From positions 2,080,001-2,144,000 of the forward strand of contig OZ241744.1 in assembly GCA_965200965.1 (NCBI GenBank): a stretch of DNA of 64,000 nucleotides. The letters run 5' to 3'. Below the pieces are notes generated by a model, which saw nothing but the letters and a program-made list of their open reading frames with translations, searched no databases and had not been told where the DNA came from. Within the stretch, counting starts at the first letter, position 1. Each line of letters opens with the position of its first letter. This DNA is from an uncultured Candidatus Binatia bacterium (GTDB lineage: Bacteria; Desulfobacterota; Binatia; Bin18). The translations under genes were made by a program, and so were the position numbers. Shown piece by piece: positions 39,751 to 50,280 of this stretch.

Positions 39751-40887
39751 TCATAACAGCGAAGCGCACCTTTCCTGCGCAAGTTCCAGGTATTCCCTGG
39801 AGATATCAATCCCGACCGACTTGCGGTTGAAATTTCTCGCTGCCAGCAGCGTCGTACCAGTCCCGCAGAAGGGATCAAGGACAACGCCAGTGGCGGGACA
39901 TGTCGCCAGGATGGGGATTTTGCACAGGTCTTCTGGATACGGAGCGAAGTGCAGACGCCGCTTTTGGGTGTCTTCCGGGATGATGTCCCACACATCCGCC
40001 GGCTTGCTGCCCCTGGGATGGTATCGCAGAAAGTAGAAACCCTTTTCCTTCAATTCCCTGGCTCTGCCGGACACCAGTTCGGAATCAGAGTGGGTTGTCC
40101 GCTGTTGGCCGCGAATGATCATACGAAAATCTGCCAGCTCTCCCTTCTCAATCGCGCGCAGCATCCCTTCAAGCTGGGTGAAAGCGGCCCGCCTTTCCTC
40201 TGCACTCAAGGCCGTTGAGAGCTCAATCTGACGCTTGTAGCGAACCCCGGAAACGCCCGTTGCAGACACCACCGCCCCTTTTCTGATCTTTGCCTTCTTT
40301 GGGTGAGAGCGGATGGCATCCACATCGTAGTAATAGCCCTTGGGGCTCTTCACAAAATGAAAAACGTTTTCATACACATTCCGCAGCTTGTCTGGGGCAG
40401 TGTCAGGGCCGCCTTTGACCTTGTTCCATATGACGCTGTTGCGGATAATCCAGCCCTGCTGATCTGACAGGGCAAAAGCCAGCCTCCAGGGAATCCCCAA
40501 CAAACCTTTTTTCTGATAGCTGTCTCCGATATTCAGCCAGAACGATCCGGCAGGCTTCAGTATCCGGCGCACTTCGCCGAAGACCTGGCACAGCCGGGCG
40601 ATGAACTCCTGAGGGCCTTGTTCGGCCCCGATCCCCCCATTCCGGTAGGCCCGTTGCCCCCAATACGGCGGGCTGGTCATACAGCAGTCAATCGTTTCGT
40701 CGGGAAGCTCCCTGAGCACTGCCACTGCGTCACCGAGCAGCAGCAGGGGGGAAGCGGTCCCGGTAGCGAGGTATGACAGGAGACGACTTCGGTATCCCGA
40801 CGAAATAAGGGGCAGGGATTCGCCCAACGGCAAGCCAGGACTGGATTGTTGCGCCCGAGATGTCGTCACAGCGGCCCTCACCTCCAT
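39751..40887 (-). CDS. Site-specific DNA methyltransferase (N4-C/N6-A, beta class)
   Basis: TSPPYW precedes HFAPYP and VLDPFCGTGTT; convergent with the IIG gene. Confidence 0.92.
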   Translation of the reverse strand: MEVRAAVTTSRAQQSSPGLPLGESLPLISSGYRSRLLSYLATGTASPLLLLGDAVAVLRELPDETIDCCMTSPPYWGQRAYRNGGIGAEQGPQEFIARLCQVFGEVRRILKPAGSFWLNIGDSYQKKGLLGIPWRLAFALSDQQGWIIRNSVIWNKVKGGPDTAPDKLRNVYENVFHFVKSPKGYYYDVDAIRSHPKKAKIRKGAVVSATGVSGVRYKRQIELSTALSAEERRAAFTQLEGMLRAIEKGELADFRMIIRGQQRTTHSDSELVSGRARELKEKGFYFLRYHPRGSKPADVWDIIPEDTQKRRLHFAPYPEDLCKIPILATCPATGVVLDPFCGTGTTLLAARNFNRKSVGIDISREYLELAQERCASLL

Positions 40888-40924
40888 ATGTATAAGCACC
40901 ACCCCTGTTTGTACAGGAGGAGAT

Positions 40925-40936
40925 GCCCCCGGTCCG
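40925..40936 (+). repeat. Right 12-bp direct repeat GCCCCCGGTCCG
   Basis: Identical to 35771-35782; about 60 nt upstream of argG. Confidence 0.8.
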
Positions 40937-40995
40937 TTGTCTTGCCGGCCGCGGCGTGCTAGGCTGCCGGTACTCCTGTGAGCGAGTGTTGTGCT

Positions 40996-42195
40996 GTGGC
41001 AGAGAGACAAAAAGTAGTGCTGGCCTACAGCGGCGGGCTGGATACCTCGGTCATCCTGCGCTGGCTGATTGAGACCTACCGGTGTGAGGTTATCGCCTTC
41101 TGCGCCGACCTGGGGCAGGGCGAAGAACTCGACCCGGTTGAGGACAAGGCCAGACAGGTCGGGGCGAGCGCGATCCATATCGACGACCTGCGCGAAGAGT
41201 TTGTGCGCGATTTTGTGTTCCCCATGTTTCGGGCCAACGCCTTTTATGAGGGCGGCTACCTGCTCGGCACCTCAATCGCCCGGCCGCTGATCGCCAAGCG
41301 TCAGATCGAAATCGCCCGCCAGGAAGGCGCGGGGGCGGTTGCCCACGGCGCGACCGGCAAGGGCAACGACCAGGTGCGTTTTGAGCTGAGCTACTACGCG
41401 CTCGAGCCCCATATTCGGGTGATTGCGCCGTGGCGGGAATGGGAGATGAAGTCGCGCACCGAGCTGATCGCCTATGCCGAAAAATACGCCATCCCCATCA
41501 CCGTCAGCGCGGACAAGCCGTACAGTACCGACCGCAACCTGCTGCACATCAGCTTTGAGGGCGGTATGCTCGAAGACCCGTGGCAGGAACCCGGCGAGGA
41601 CATGTTTGTCCTGTCGGTATCGCCCGAGCGGGCACCGGATAGACCGGAGTATGTGGAGATCGACTTCGAGGCCGGCAACCCGACCGCGGTCAACGGCCAC
41701 ACCCTGTCGCCGGCCCGGCTGCTGGCCCGGCTCAACGAACTCGCCGGCAAACACGGCATCGGCCGGGTTGACCTGGTTGAAAACCGCTATGTCGGCATGA
41801 AATCGCGGGGCGTGTACGAAACCCCGGGCGGGACAATTCTGCACATCGCCCACGGGGCGGTTGAATCGCTGACGCTCGACCGGGAAGCGCTCCACCTGCG
41901 CGACTCACTCGTTCCGCGCTACGCCGAGATGGTCTACTACGGCTACTGGTTCGCCCCGGAGCGCGAGATGTTGCAGGCGGCCATTGACGAGTCGCAGACC
42001 AACGTCACCGGCACGGTCCGCCTCAAGCTGTATAAGGGCAACGTCATTGTTGTCGGTCGGCGCTCGGCCAAGACCCTCTACAACCCGGAGGTGGCGACCT
42101 TCGAGGCCGGCGGAGACTACCGCCAGGCCGATGCCGAGGGGTTTATCCGGATCAACGCCCTGCGGTTGCGGCTGCGGGCGCTGGCCCAGCGCTGA
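40996..42195 (+). CDS. argG: Argininosuccinate synthase
   Basis: [23 protein letters not shown] and [10 protein letters not shown] motifs. Confidence 0.98.
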   Translation: MAERQKVVLAYSGGLDTSVILRWLIETYRCEVIAFCADLGQGEELDPVEDKARQVGASAIHIDDLREEFVRDFVFPMFRANAFYEGGYLLGTSIARPLIAKRQIEIARQEGAGAVAHGATGKGNDQVRFELSYYALEPHIRVIAPWREWEMKSRTELIAYAEKYAIPITVSADKPYSTDRNLLHISFEGGMLEDPWQEPGEDMFVLSVSPERAPDRPEYVEIDFEAGNPTAVNGHTLSPARLLARLNELAGKHGIGRVDLVENRYVGMKSRGVYETPGGTILHIAHGAVESLTLDREALHLRDSLVPRYAEMVYYGYWFAPEREMLQAAIDESQTNVTGTVRLKLYKGNVIVVGRRSAKTLYNPEVATFEAGGDYRQADAEGFIRINALRLRLRALAQR

Positions 42196-42213
42196 CACCG
42201 CCACCGGCCGGAT

Positions 42214-43599
42214 ATGAAGCACAAAGCACGGACCGCCACAAAAGCCTGGGCCGGACGCTTTGCCGGGGCGGCCGACCCGCGGATGGAGGCCTTCACCTCT
42301 TCGCTGGCCTTTGATCGGCGTTTGGCCCACTACGACATCCAGGGCAGCCAGGCGCACTGCCGGATGCTGGTCAAACAGAAGCTCTTAACCCGGGCCGAAG
42401 GCGAAAAAATCCGCAAAGGGCTGGAGCTGGTCGCGCGTGAGCTTGAGCAGGGCCGGTTTCCCTTTCTGGCCTCGGACGAAGATATCCACATGGCGGTTGA
42501 GCGCCGGCTGACCGAAAAAATCGGCAGCCTCGGCGGCAAGCTGCACACCGCCCGCAGCCGCAACGACCAAGTCGTGTTAGACCTCCGCCTGTATCTGCGC
42601 GAGGAAACCGGGACTGTCTGCCAACTGCTGACGGCCCTGCAAAAGCGCCTGGCCCGGCTGGCCAAACAGCACCGGGACGTGGTGATGCCGGGCTATACGC
42701 ATTTGCAGCGCGCCCAGCCGGTGCTGCTCGCCCACCACCTGCTGGCCTATTATGATATGCTGGACCGTGACGCCGCACGCGTACAGGAATGCCAGCACCG
42801 GCTCAATGTGCTGCCGCTCGGGGCCGGTGCCCTGGCCGGCACCAGCCTGCCGATTGACCGCGCCTATGTGGCCCGTCTGCTCGGCTTTGCCCGGGTCAGC
42901 GCAAACAGCCTCGATACCGTCGCCGACCGGGATTTCCTGCTTGAGTTTCTGGCGGTCAGCGCGATCATCGCCATGCACCTGAGCCGGTTTGCCGAGGAGT
43001 TGGTCCTGTGGGCCAGCAGTGAGTTTCAGTTTGTCGAGCTGCCCGACGCCTTTGCCACCGGCAGCTCAATGATGCCCCAGAAGAAGAACCCCGATGTACC
43101 CGAAATCATCCGGGGCAAGACGGGCAGGGTCTACGGCAACCTGTTTGCCCTGCTGACCACCCTCAAGGGCCTGCCCCTGGCCTATAACCGTGACCTCCAG
43201 GAAGACAAAGAACCGCTCTTTGATACGGTCGATACGGTCAAGGCCATGCTCAGCGTACTGGAGGCCATGCTCGGCCAGCTCGTGTTTCGGCCCGACCGGA
43301 TGCAGGCCGCGGCCCTGGGCGGCTTTACCCTGGCCACCGATGTGGCCGACTATCTGGTTGAAAAAGGCCTGCCGTTCAGAAAAGCCCACGACATTGTGGC
43401 CGGGGTCGTTCGTCGCTGCCTGGCCGACAACATTGGTCTGGAGCGGCTGCCGCTTGAAGAATGGCAGACCTTCTCACCGGCCTTCGGGCCGGACCTGCTG
43501 CCCCGGCTGAGCCTGGAGTCGGCGGTAGACCGCCGTCGCTCGGCCGGCGGCACCGCGCCGGCGAATGTCCATAAACGCTTACAGGAGCTTGGGGTCTGA
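42214..43599 (+). CDS. argH: Argininosuccinate lyase
   Basis: HTARSRNDQ, GYTHLQRAQP and GSSMMPQKKNPD motifs. Confidence 0.98.
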   Translation: MKHKARTATKAWAGRFAGAADPRMEAFTSSLAFDRRLAHYDIQGSQAHCRMLVKQKLLTRAEGEKIRKGLELVARELEQGRFPFLASDEDIHMAVERRLTEKIGSLGGKLHTARSRNDQVVLDLRLYLREETGTVCQLLTALQKRLARLAKQHRDVVMPGYTHLQRAQPVLLAHHLLAYYDMLDRDAARVQECQHRLNVLPLGAGALAGTSLPIDRAYVARLLGFARVSANSLDTVADRDFLLEFLAVSAIIAMHLSRFAEELVLWASSEFQFVELPDAFATGSSMMPQKKNPDVPEIIRGKTGRVYGNLFALLTTLKGLPLAYNRDLQEDKEPLFDTVDTVKAMLSVLEAMLGQLVFRPDRMQAAALGGFTLATDVADYLVEKGLPFRKAHDIVAGVVRRCLADNIGLERLPLEEWQTFSPAFGPDLLPRLSLESAVDRRRSAGGTAPANVHKRLQELGV

Positions 43600-43602
43600 C
43601 AG

Positions 43603-44082
43603 GTGAAGACACGCCACACCCTGGCAGGCGACATTTTCGGCCGCGGCGTCTGGACGCTCAGCCTGTGCCTCGTCTCCCTGGCTCTGGCCTGCGGGAACAA
43701 GACAGCGATCTATCCGCCCGAGTTCGTCGTCCCCCAGGCCATTGAAGACCTGCGGCTGACGGTCAGCCAGAGCGGCATTGAACTGCGCTGGAGCCGGCCC
43801 CGGACCTATGCCGACGGCCGCACAATGGACGATCTGGGCGGCTTTGTGGTGCTGCGCGCCGCCCAGCCCACCGGCGGCAGCCCGGCCGGGTTCAGCCCGC
43901 TGGTCACGATTCCGATCGCAGACCGCGCCCGGTTTCGCCGGACCCGACGCTTCCATTTTACCGACGAGCAGCTCAGGCCGGGAACCCGCTATCAGTACCG
44001 CATCCAGTCGTTTACAGTAGACGGTGACTCCAGTATCCCCTCAAACACGGTCCAGCACCTCTGGCAAAGGGAATCGGGCTGA
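43603..44082 (+). CDS. Lipoprotein with fibronectin type III-like domain
   Basis: Lipobox LALAC-GNK; LRW, FTD..L.PG..YQYRI and S.PSN pattern. Confidence 0.7.
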   Translation: MKTRHTLAGDIFGRGVWTLSLCLVSLALACGNKTAIYPPEFVVPQAIEDLRLTVSQSGIELRWSRPRTYADGRTMDDLGGFVVLRAAQPTGGSPAGFSPLVTIPIADRARFRRTRRFHFTDEQLRPGTRYQYRIQSFTVDGDSSIPSNTVQHLWQRESG

Positions 44083-44129
44083 CAGGAAGGGACCAGCGGA
44101 CAACACGCTTGCCTTTGGGGAGCTTGGCG

Positions 44130-44966
44130 ATGCGACTGCCGTTTACCAAGATGCACGGGATCAGCAACGATTATGTGTATGTGAATACCTTCTCGACCCC
44201 GGTGACCGACCCCGCCGGTCTGGCCCGGCGGCTGAGCGAGCGACGGACCGGCATTGGGGGCGACGGCCTGATCCTGATCTGTCCCTCAGCCACCGCCCAC
44301 GCCCGCATGGAGATGTACAACGCCGACGGCAGCCGGGGGGCGATGTGCGGCAACGGGATCCGGTGTGTGGGCAAATACGTCTACGAGCACGGCCTGTCCC
44401 ACGCCAACCCCCTGCGCATTGAGACCGACTCCGGCCTCAAAGTCCTCTTTCTGGAGCTTGACAACAGGGCTGTCGCCCGGGTGACGGTCGATATGGGCGA
44501 GCCGATCCTCGACGGTCGCCAGATTCCGCTGGCCCGCCCCGGCCGGATGATCGACCAGCCCCTGACGGTTGACGGGACCGCCTACCAGGTCACCTGCGTG
44601 TCCGTGGGCAACCCCCACTGTGTGACCTTTGTTGAGGATGTCGCGCCCCTGGCCCTGGAAACGCTCGGACCCCGGTTTGAGCATCACCCCCTCTTCCCCG
44701 ACCGGGTCAATACCGAGTTCATCCAGGTGCTCGGTCCCACCGAGTTGACCATGCGGGTCTGGGAGCGCGGGTCTGGAGAGACCTGGGCATGCGGTACCGG
44801 GGCCTGCGCGGCCGCGGTTGCCGCCACCCTCACCAGGCGGGCCGAGCGGCGGGTCACCGTCCATCTCCGGGGCGGAGACCTGGACATTGACTGGCGGGCA
44901 GACGACAGCCATGTCTATATGATCGGTGCTGCCGAAGAAGTGTTTGAGGGTACAATTGAGGTCTAG
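44130..44966 (+). CDS. dapF: Diaminopimelate epimerase
   Basis: KMHG..ND, MCGNGIRC, GNPH and ERGSGETWACGTG motifs. Confidence 0.97.
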   Translation: MRLPFTKMHGISNDYVYVNTFSTPVTDPAGLARRLSERRTGIGGDGLILICPSATAHARMEMYNADGSRGAMCGNGIRCVGKYVYEHGLSHANPLRIETDSGLKVLFLELDNRAVARVTVDMGEPILDGRQIPLARPGRMIDQPLTVDGTAYQVTCVSVGNPHCVTFVEDVAPLALETLGPRFEHHPLFPDRVNTEFIQVLGPTELTMRVWERGSGETWACGTGACAAAVAATLTRRAERRVTVHLRGGDLDIDWRADDSHVYMIGAAEEVFEGTIEV

Positions 44967-44987
44967 GACCACACATGTGGAGGCTTT

Positions 44988-45887
44988 ATGTTTGCAGGCT
45001 CATTTGTCGCACAGGTAACGCCCTTCAGGAACGGCCGGGTTGACGAGCCGGCGCTGGCCGAACTGATTGAATGGCAGCTCACGAGCGGGACGCACGGTAT
45101 TGTGCCGTGCGGCACAACCGGCGAATCGGCCACTCTGTCGCACGAAGAACATACCCGGGTGGTCAGACTGACGGTCGATGTCGTCAACGGGCGGGTGCCG
45201 GTTCTTGCCGGCACAGGCTCCAACTCCACCGCGGAAGCGATCCGCCTGACCGGCGAAGCCCGGGAGGCCGGGGCCGACGGGGCGCTGATGATCTCGCCCT
45301 ACTATAACCGACCCACCCAGGAAGGGATCTATCAGCACTACAGAGCCGTCGCCGAGGCCGTGCCCGGCTTTCCGATCGTGTTTTACAATATCCCGGGCCG
45401 TACCGGCTCAAACATCGAGCCGGCAACTATGGCCCGTCTGGCCGAATTCGACAATATCGTCGGGGTCAAAGAAGCCACCGGCTCTATCGACCAGATCATC
45501 AACATCCGCCTCGCGTGCGGGGACAGGCTCGCCGTGCTGTCCGGCGAAGACAGCCTGACCTTCTCCATGATGGCGCTGGGCGGCACGGGCGTCATCAGCA
45601 CGGTTGCCAACATCGCGCCCGGGCAAATGGCCGCGCTCGTCAACGCCGGCCTGGCCAGGGACTGGGACACGGCCGCGGCCCTGCAACTCAAACTGGTGCC
45701 GCTCATCCGGGCGGTCTTTCTCGAAACCAACCCCATTCCAATCAAAACCGCCCTGGCTCTGATGGGCAAGTGCGAGCTGGAACTGCGCCTGCCCCTGGTG
45801 CCAATGGACGAGGACAAGCTGGCCAGGCTGAGCGCGGCCTTGAGAGACGCCGGCTGTCTGGCCCACGCGGGGAGGACACGCGCATGA
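44988..45887 (+). CDS. dapA: 4-hydroxy-tetrahydrodipicolinate synthase
   Basis: GTTGE, PYYNRP, YNIPGRT, VKEA and ETNPIP motifs. Confidence 0.97.
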   Translation: MFAGSFVAQVTPFRNGRVDEPALAELIEWQLTSGTHGIVPCGTTGESATLSHEEHTRVVRLTVDVVNGRVPVLAGTGSNSTAEAIRLTGEAREAGADGALMISPYYNRPTQEGIYQHYRAVAEAVPGFPIVFYNIPGRTGSNIEPATMARLAEFDNIVGVKEATGSIDQIINIRLACGDRLAVLSGEDSLTFSMMALGGTGVISTVANIAPGQMAALVNAGLARDWDTAAALQLKLVPLIRAVFLETNPIPIKTALALMGKCELELRLPLVPMDEDKLARLSAALRDAGCLAHAGRTRA

Positions 45888-46687
45888 CGGCCAATGTCAT
45901 TGTCTGCGGCGCAGCCGGGCGCATGGGCCGGCTGCTGCTCGGCCTCATCCATGACCACCCCGGGCTGCGGCTGGTTGGCGCGGTTGAGGCCGCCGGCCAC
46001 CCCGCGGTCGGCAGCGACGCCGGCACGGTGGCCGGGCTGGGGCCGCTGGGGGTCAGCCTGGTTGACGATTACGCCGCGGTCGCCCGACCCGACACGGTGG
46101 CCCTGGACTTCACCGTTGCCGATGCGGCCCTGGCCCATTTGCGGACCGCGGCGGCGACCGGTGCGGCGATTGCGATTGGCACCACCGGCCTGTCGACCGA
46201 ACAGCGCGCCGAAGCCGAACAGCTCGCCCCCCGGACGCGGACGATTATCGCGCCCAATATGAGCGTGGGGGTCAATGTCCTGCTCAAGCTGGTCTCGGAC
46301 GCGGCACGCCTCCTGCAAGACGGCTTTGATGCCGAACTCATTGAACTCCACCACCGCTATAAAATTGACGCTCCAAGCGGCACAGCCCTGGCCTTAGGCC
46401 GGGCAATCGCCGGGGCGCAGGGCCAGGATTTTGACCGCCAGGGGCGTTTCAGCCGGCACGGCCTCACCGGCCAACGCGGCGATGAGGAGATCGGCGTGCA
46501 GACCCTGCGCGGGGGCGACGCGGTCGGCGACCATACCGTGCTGTTTGTCGGCTTTGGCGAGCGGCTGGAACTGACCCACCGCGCTCAGAGCCGGGAGTGT
46601 CTGGCGCGCGGTGCGCTGCGCGCCGCGGCTTGGCTGCCCGACCAGGCCCCGGGCCTGTACACCATGAAGGATGTACTCGGGCTGTAG
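45884..46687 (+). CDS. dapB: 4-hydroxy-tetrahydrodipicolinate reductase
   Basis: GAAGRMG, GTTG and ELHHRYKIDAPSGTA motifs. Confidence 0.97.
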   Translation: MTANVIVCGAAGRMGRLLLGLIHDHPGLRLVGAVEAAGHPAVGSDAGTVAGLGPLGVSLVDDYAAVARPDTVALDFTVADAALAHLRTAAATGAAIAIGTTGLSTEQRAEAEQLAPRTRTIIAPNMSVGVNVLLKLVSDAARLLQDGFDAELIELHHRYKIDAPSGTALALGRAIAGAQGQDFDRQGRFSRHGLTGQRGDEEIGVQTLRGGDAVGDHTVLFVGFGERLELTHRAQSRECLARGALRAAAWLPDQAPGLYTMKDVLGL

Positions 46688-46693
46688 GCGGTG

Positions 46694-47482
46694 TCATCTG
46701 CCCTGGAACCGGGGCGGCCGTTTTTCCACAAAAGCCGCCACCGCCTCCTTATGGTCCCGGGTCTTGAACAGGGACGCAAGGCCAAGGGTCTCGGTCTGGA
46801 CCGCGGCGTCAAAGTCATTTTCAGCCCCCTGTTGCAAGGCCCGTTTGGAGACGGCCAGGGCCAGCGGCGGCAGAGACGCCATCTCCGCGGCCATCTCCCG
46901 CGCCGCGGCCATCAGGCCCGCAGCCGGCACAGTACGGTTGACCAGCCCCATGTCGAGCGCCTCCCGGGCCGGGACCATCCGTGCCGTGCAGACCAGTTCC
47001 AGGGCTCTGGACAGCCCGATCAGCCGGGGCAGCATGAAGGTTGAGCCCAGCTCGGGCATCAGCCCCATCCGGGTAAAAATCGCCCCCAGGCTGGCCTCCT
47101 GGGCCATGATGCGGATGTCCTGGATCAGGGTCAGGGTCAGCCCGATCCCGACCGCCACGCCGTTAATGACGGCCACGGTCGGCTTGGGGCAGTTGCGGAT
47201 CGCGTACTGGAGGCCGGTCCGGGGATGGGCAATCGCCCCGCCCTGCTCCCGCTCATCACCAGCCTGCTGAAACACCCCGCGGATATCCGCCCCGGCGCAG
47301 AAGCCGCGGCCCGCGCCGGTCATCAGAATCACCCGGACATCGCCACGTTTGCCCAGCGACTCGTAGGCGTGGGTCAGCTCATCGCCCATCAGGGTGGTGT
47401 AGGCGTTGAGTTTCCGGGGCCGGTTGAGCGTGACGGTGGCAATCGCGTCGTGGACCTCAAGGTGGATATCTTTGTATTCCAT
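46694..47482 (-). CDS. Enoyl-CoA hydratase/isomerase family protein
   Basis: LNRP.KLNA, FCAGAD, NGVAVGIG and GLMPE motifs. Confidence 0.92.
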   Translation of the reverse strand: MEYKDIHLEVHDAIATVTLNRPRKLNAYTTLMGDELTHAYESLGKRGDVRVILMTGAGRGFCAGADIRGVFQQAGDEREQGGAIAHPRTGLQYAIRNCPKPTVAVINGVAVGIGLTLTLIQDIRIMAQEASLGAIFTRMGLMPELGSTFMLPRLIGLSRALELVCTARMVPAREALDMGLVNRTVPAAGLMAAAREMAAEMASLPPLALAVSKRALQQGAENDFDAAVQTETLGLASLFKTRDHKEAVAAFVEKRPPRFQGR

Positions 47483-47629
47483 ACGCGCCTTTCAGCCTGA
47501 CAGATTGAGCCCACAGGCTAGCCCATTCCGCGCCACAGGCCAAGCGGGTTTTGTCTTGACACTCCATACTGAACCGGAATAGGACTGGCCGGACAGTGAA
47601 GCCGTATCTGACCGGACCGTGGAGGGGGC

Positions 47630-48724
47630 GTGCAACTGTTGCGCGAGGGATACAGTGAGTGTCTGTTTTTGCTGACCGATGAGCGCTGGGGCACGATCGT
47701 CCGCAAACAGACCAAGCCTGAGGGTGGCGGCAGCCTGCCGGCCGAGATCGCCTGGCTCGAAGACCTGCCGCCGGCCGTCCAGCGCTATTTCCCGCGGGTC
47801 CTGCGCAGCCGCAAACACGCCGGGAACGGCCATCCGGTCTTCTATGACATGCCGTATTTTGGCGAGGGCTGGGCGGTGTTGTCCGATCTCATCCTGAGCC
47901 AGCGGCTCGACCGTGGCCGGGAGCTGGCCTTGATCGGCCATGTCCTGCACATCATGTTCAGGGAGATTTTTTCAGTCACCTATCCCCAGGAAACCGCGAC
48001 CTACCCGGACAGGCTCGTCGGCCTGCTTGAGCGCTGCGCCTGGCGGCTGTCTGCCCTGCCGGCGTTTGCCCGGCTCATGGCCGCTCCGAGCATCACCCTG
48101 AACGGTACCCGCCTAGCCAATGTTTTTCCGCTTGTGGAGACCATCAAGGCCAGGGCCGCCCTGCGCCGGCAGCTCCGGCCGCCGATCGTCCGCAAGGTCC
48201 ACGGCGACCTGCACCCGGATAATATCCTGGTCTACGGTCCGAGCATCGGCCAGCCCTGCCCGCGGCTCGTGCTGCTCGACCCCCTGGCCCCGCTGGGGAT
48301 TGGCCGGGGCGATGTTGCGATGGATATTGCCAAGCTCGGCAGTTGGCTGTCGGCCGAACTGTCAGCCCTGCGGCTGGGCCTGTTCTCGCTTGTGCCGGAA
48401 CACGACGACCCGCACGCCACCCCGGCTTTTCGCTTCAGCCTCCACACCCACGCCCGCCAACTCCGGACCCTCGGCGACCGGGTCCTGCTGCGCCAGCTCG
48501 CGCGGCTGCTCAACACCGCCCCCTGGGCGCGCCCGGTCTGCGAACTGAACCGCAACTGGCAACAACGCGAGCGTTTTTACAAGGCGCTGTACGCCTTGAG
48601 CATGGCACCGATCGTGCCCGCGCCCCAGAACCTGGCCCGCCTGTTGACCGGCCTGCGGCATCTGCACGACTTTGTGTCGCTTACAGGCGGCCCAGAGCCG
48701 GGGGTGAGGGCCGCGGCCGGCTAG
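47630..48724 (+). CDS. Aminoglycoside/choline phosphotransferase-like kinase-fold protein
   Basis: VRK, HGDLHPDNILV, LLDP and MDIAKL motifs. Confidence 0.65.
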   Translation: MQLLREGYSECLFLLTDERWGTIVRKQTKPEGGGSLPAEIAWLEDLPPAVQRYFPRVLRSRKHAGNGHPVFYDMPYFGEGWAVLSDLILSQRLDRGRELALIGHVLHIMFREIFSVTYPQETATYPDRLVGLLERCAWRLSALPAFARLMAAPSITLNGTRLANVFPLVETIKARAALRRQLRPPIVRKVHGDLHPDNILVYGPSIGQPCPRLVLLDPLAPLGIGRGDVAMDIAKLGSWLSAELSALRLGLFSLVPEHDDPHATPAFRFSLHTHARQLRTLGDRVLLRQLARLLNTAPWARPVCELNRNWQQRERFYKALYALSMAPIVPAPQNLARLLTGLRHLHDFVSLTGGPEPGVRAAAG

Positions 48725-49578
48725 CGCGGACCGGCAAACTCAGACGCCGGGTCGCCGGCTATTCGGGCGTGGTACATCACCCGCGCTTCGGTCATATCCC
48801 ACGCGCAGGAGCGGTGCAGCAGGCGGCGGTTGTCCCACACGACCGCGTCGCCTGCGGTCCAGCGGTGGTGATAGACGCGGGGCGGCTGGCAGGTGTGGTC
48901 TACCAGGGCCTGGAGGAGTGCTTCGGATGCGGCCGGGTCCATGCCAGGAATGCCGTAGGCGTGGCGGCCGATCAGCAGCGACTTCCGCCCGGTCTCGGGG
49001 TGCGTTTTGACCAGGGGTCTGAGCGGGGGGTCTGTGACATCCAGGCCATAGCCGTTGTAATCGCCGTCCGCGGTGGGCGTGAAGCCGGCCTTGCGCTGTG
49101 AATAGCGCAGGGAATGACGGGCCGACAGCGTGGCGATGTGCTCTTTCGTGGCGTTGTCAAGGGCCTCATAGCCGGCCCGCAGGTCAGCCCAGCCGGTTTC
49201 GCCACGCGACGACGGCACCACATGGGCGGTAAACACCGCCCCCTTGGCCTGCACGGGCATATAGGTGCTGTCGCAGTGCCAGCCCATGTTGCCCTTGAGC
49301 ACCTGAATGATGCTGTCCGAGTTGTCTTCGATCCGAACGCTGCCATCTTTTTTCACGTTGCTGATCGCCACAAGGTCAAACTCCAGCTCACCGAAGCGGG
49401 TAGCAAACTCGAGCTGCTGTTCATGCGACAGGTGCTGGCCCGGGAAAATGAGCAGCGCATATTCGAGCCAGGTGGCGTACAGCCGGCTGAAGGATGGCTC
49501 ATCAAGGTCGGCGAGCTTCAGCCCGGTCACGACCGCCCCAAAGCTGGCATCAAGAGGTTCAACATGAAAATCGCTCAT
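48721..49578 (-). CDS. TauD/TfdA family Fe(II)/2-oxoglutarate dioxygenase
   Basis: WHCDSTY, HPETGRKSL and WDNRRLLHR motifs. Confidence 0.92.
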   Translation of the reverse strand: MSDFHVEPLDASFGAVVTGLKLADLDEPSFSRLYATWLEYALLIFPGQHLSHEQQLEFATRFGELEFDLVAISNVKKDGSVRIEDNSDSIIQVLKGNMGWHCDSTYMPVQAKGAVFTAHVVPSSRGETGWADLRAGYEALDNATKEHIATLSARHSLRYSQRKAGFTPTADGDYNGYGLDVTDPPLRPLVKTHPETGRKSLLIGRHAYGIPGMDPAASEALLQALVDHTCQPPRVYHHRWTAGDAVVWDNRRLLHRSCAWDMTEARVMYHARIAGDPASEFAGPR

Positions 49579-49627
49579 CGCTATGCTCCCCGTGTGCTGG
49601 TCAGGACTGCCCCAGCGTGACGGGCAA

Positions 49628-49647
49628 AAGGAGGGCTGTCAATCCGT
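49628..49647 (+). repeat. Copy 1 of motif AAGGAGGGCTGTCAATCCGT
   Basis: Identical 20-mer at 50279-50298; 18-mer at 51000-51017; contains TTGACA on the minus strand. Confidence 0.85.
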
Positions 49648-49769
49648 CTGAGAAGCCACACAACCCACAGGTGGATTCTGCCCCCGGGGCCGGGTCAAGC
49701 CGTAGTCTTGACAGGCCGGACGCCCATCAGGTAGGCAGAAGCCTCTGAGGAAAGAGGAAGGACGCTGCT

Positions 49770-50228
49770 ATGGACGATGCTCCTGTGGACGCCCGCACAG
49801 TGGCAGAAGCGGTGTTATGGATTCGGCGTGACGTTCAGACCACGCCGATGCACATCATCAAGCTGGTCTATCTGAGTCACGGATGGATGTTGGGGCTGTA
49901 TGATACCCCGCTGTTATGGGAGCCGGTTGAGGCCTGGCAGTACGGGCCGGTCGTTCCGAGCGTGTATCATCTCTACAAGGGATGGGGGGGCGCACCCATC
50001 ACCGCTGTTCCTGTTGACCGCTCCGCGGACCTGAGCGAGCGACAACGTGAGGTCATTGAGGAGGTGGAACAGGCGTACCACGAGTACACGGCCTTGCAAC
50101 TCTCCAACATCACACACAAGCCGGGCAGCCCGTGGGACAGTGTGTGCAGGCAATCGGGGATTGGGGCTATTATTCCCAACGAAGTGTTACGCGAGTATTA
50201 CCGTCGCCTCGCCGAGCAGGCTGCATGA
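49770..50228 (+). CDS. Panacea (DUF4065/SocA-like) antitoxin domain protein
   Basis: HIIKLVYLSHG, EAWQYGPVV and LSNITHKPGSPW motifs. Confidence 0.9.
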   Translation: MDDAPVDARTVAEAVLWIRRDVQTTPMHIIKLVYLSHGWMLGLYDTPLLWEPVEAWQYGPVVPSVYHLYKGWGGAPITAVPVDRSADLSERQREVIEEVEQAYHEYTALQLSNITHKPGSPWDSVCRQSGIGAIIPNEVLREYYRRLAEQAA

Positions 50229-50280
50229 GCCGCAAGCCGGCGATCCGCCCTGAACCGGCAAGTGGAGCCGCTGACCACAA

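Larger units (their letters stand above)
35771..40936. mobile_element. Recombinase-less accessory cassette (regulator + tRNA-like gene + R-M) inserted between argF and argG
   Basis: Visibly AT-richer; interrupts the arg operon; flanked by direct repeat GCCCCCGGTCCG at 35771-35782 and 40925-40936. Confidence 0.75.
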
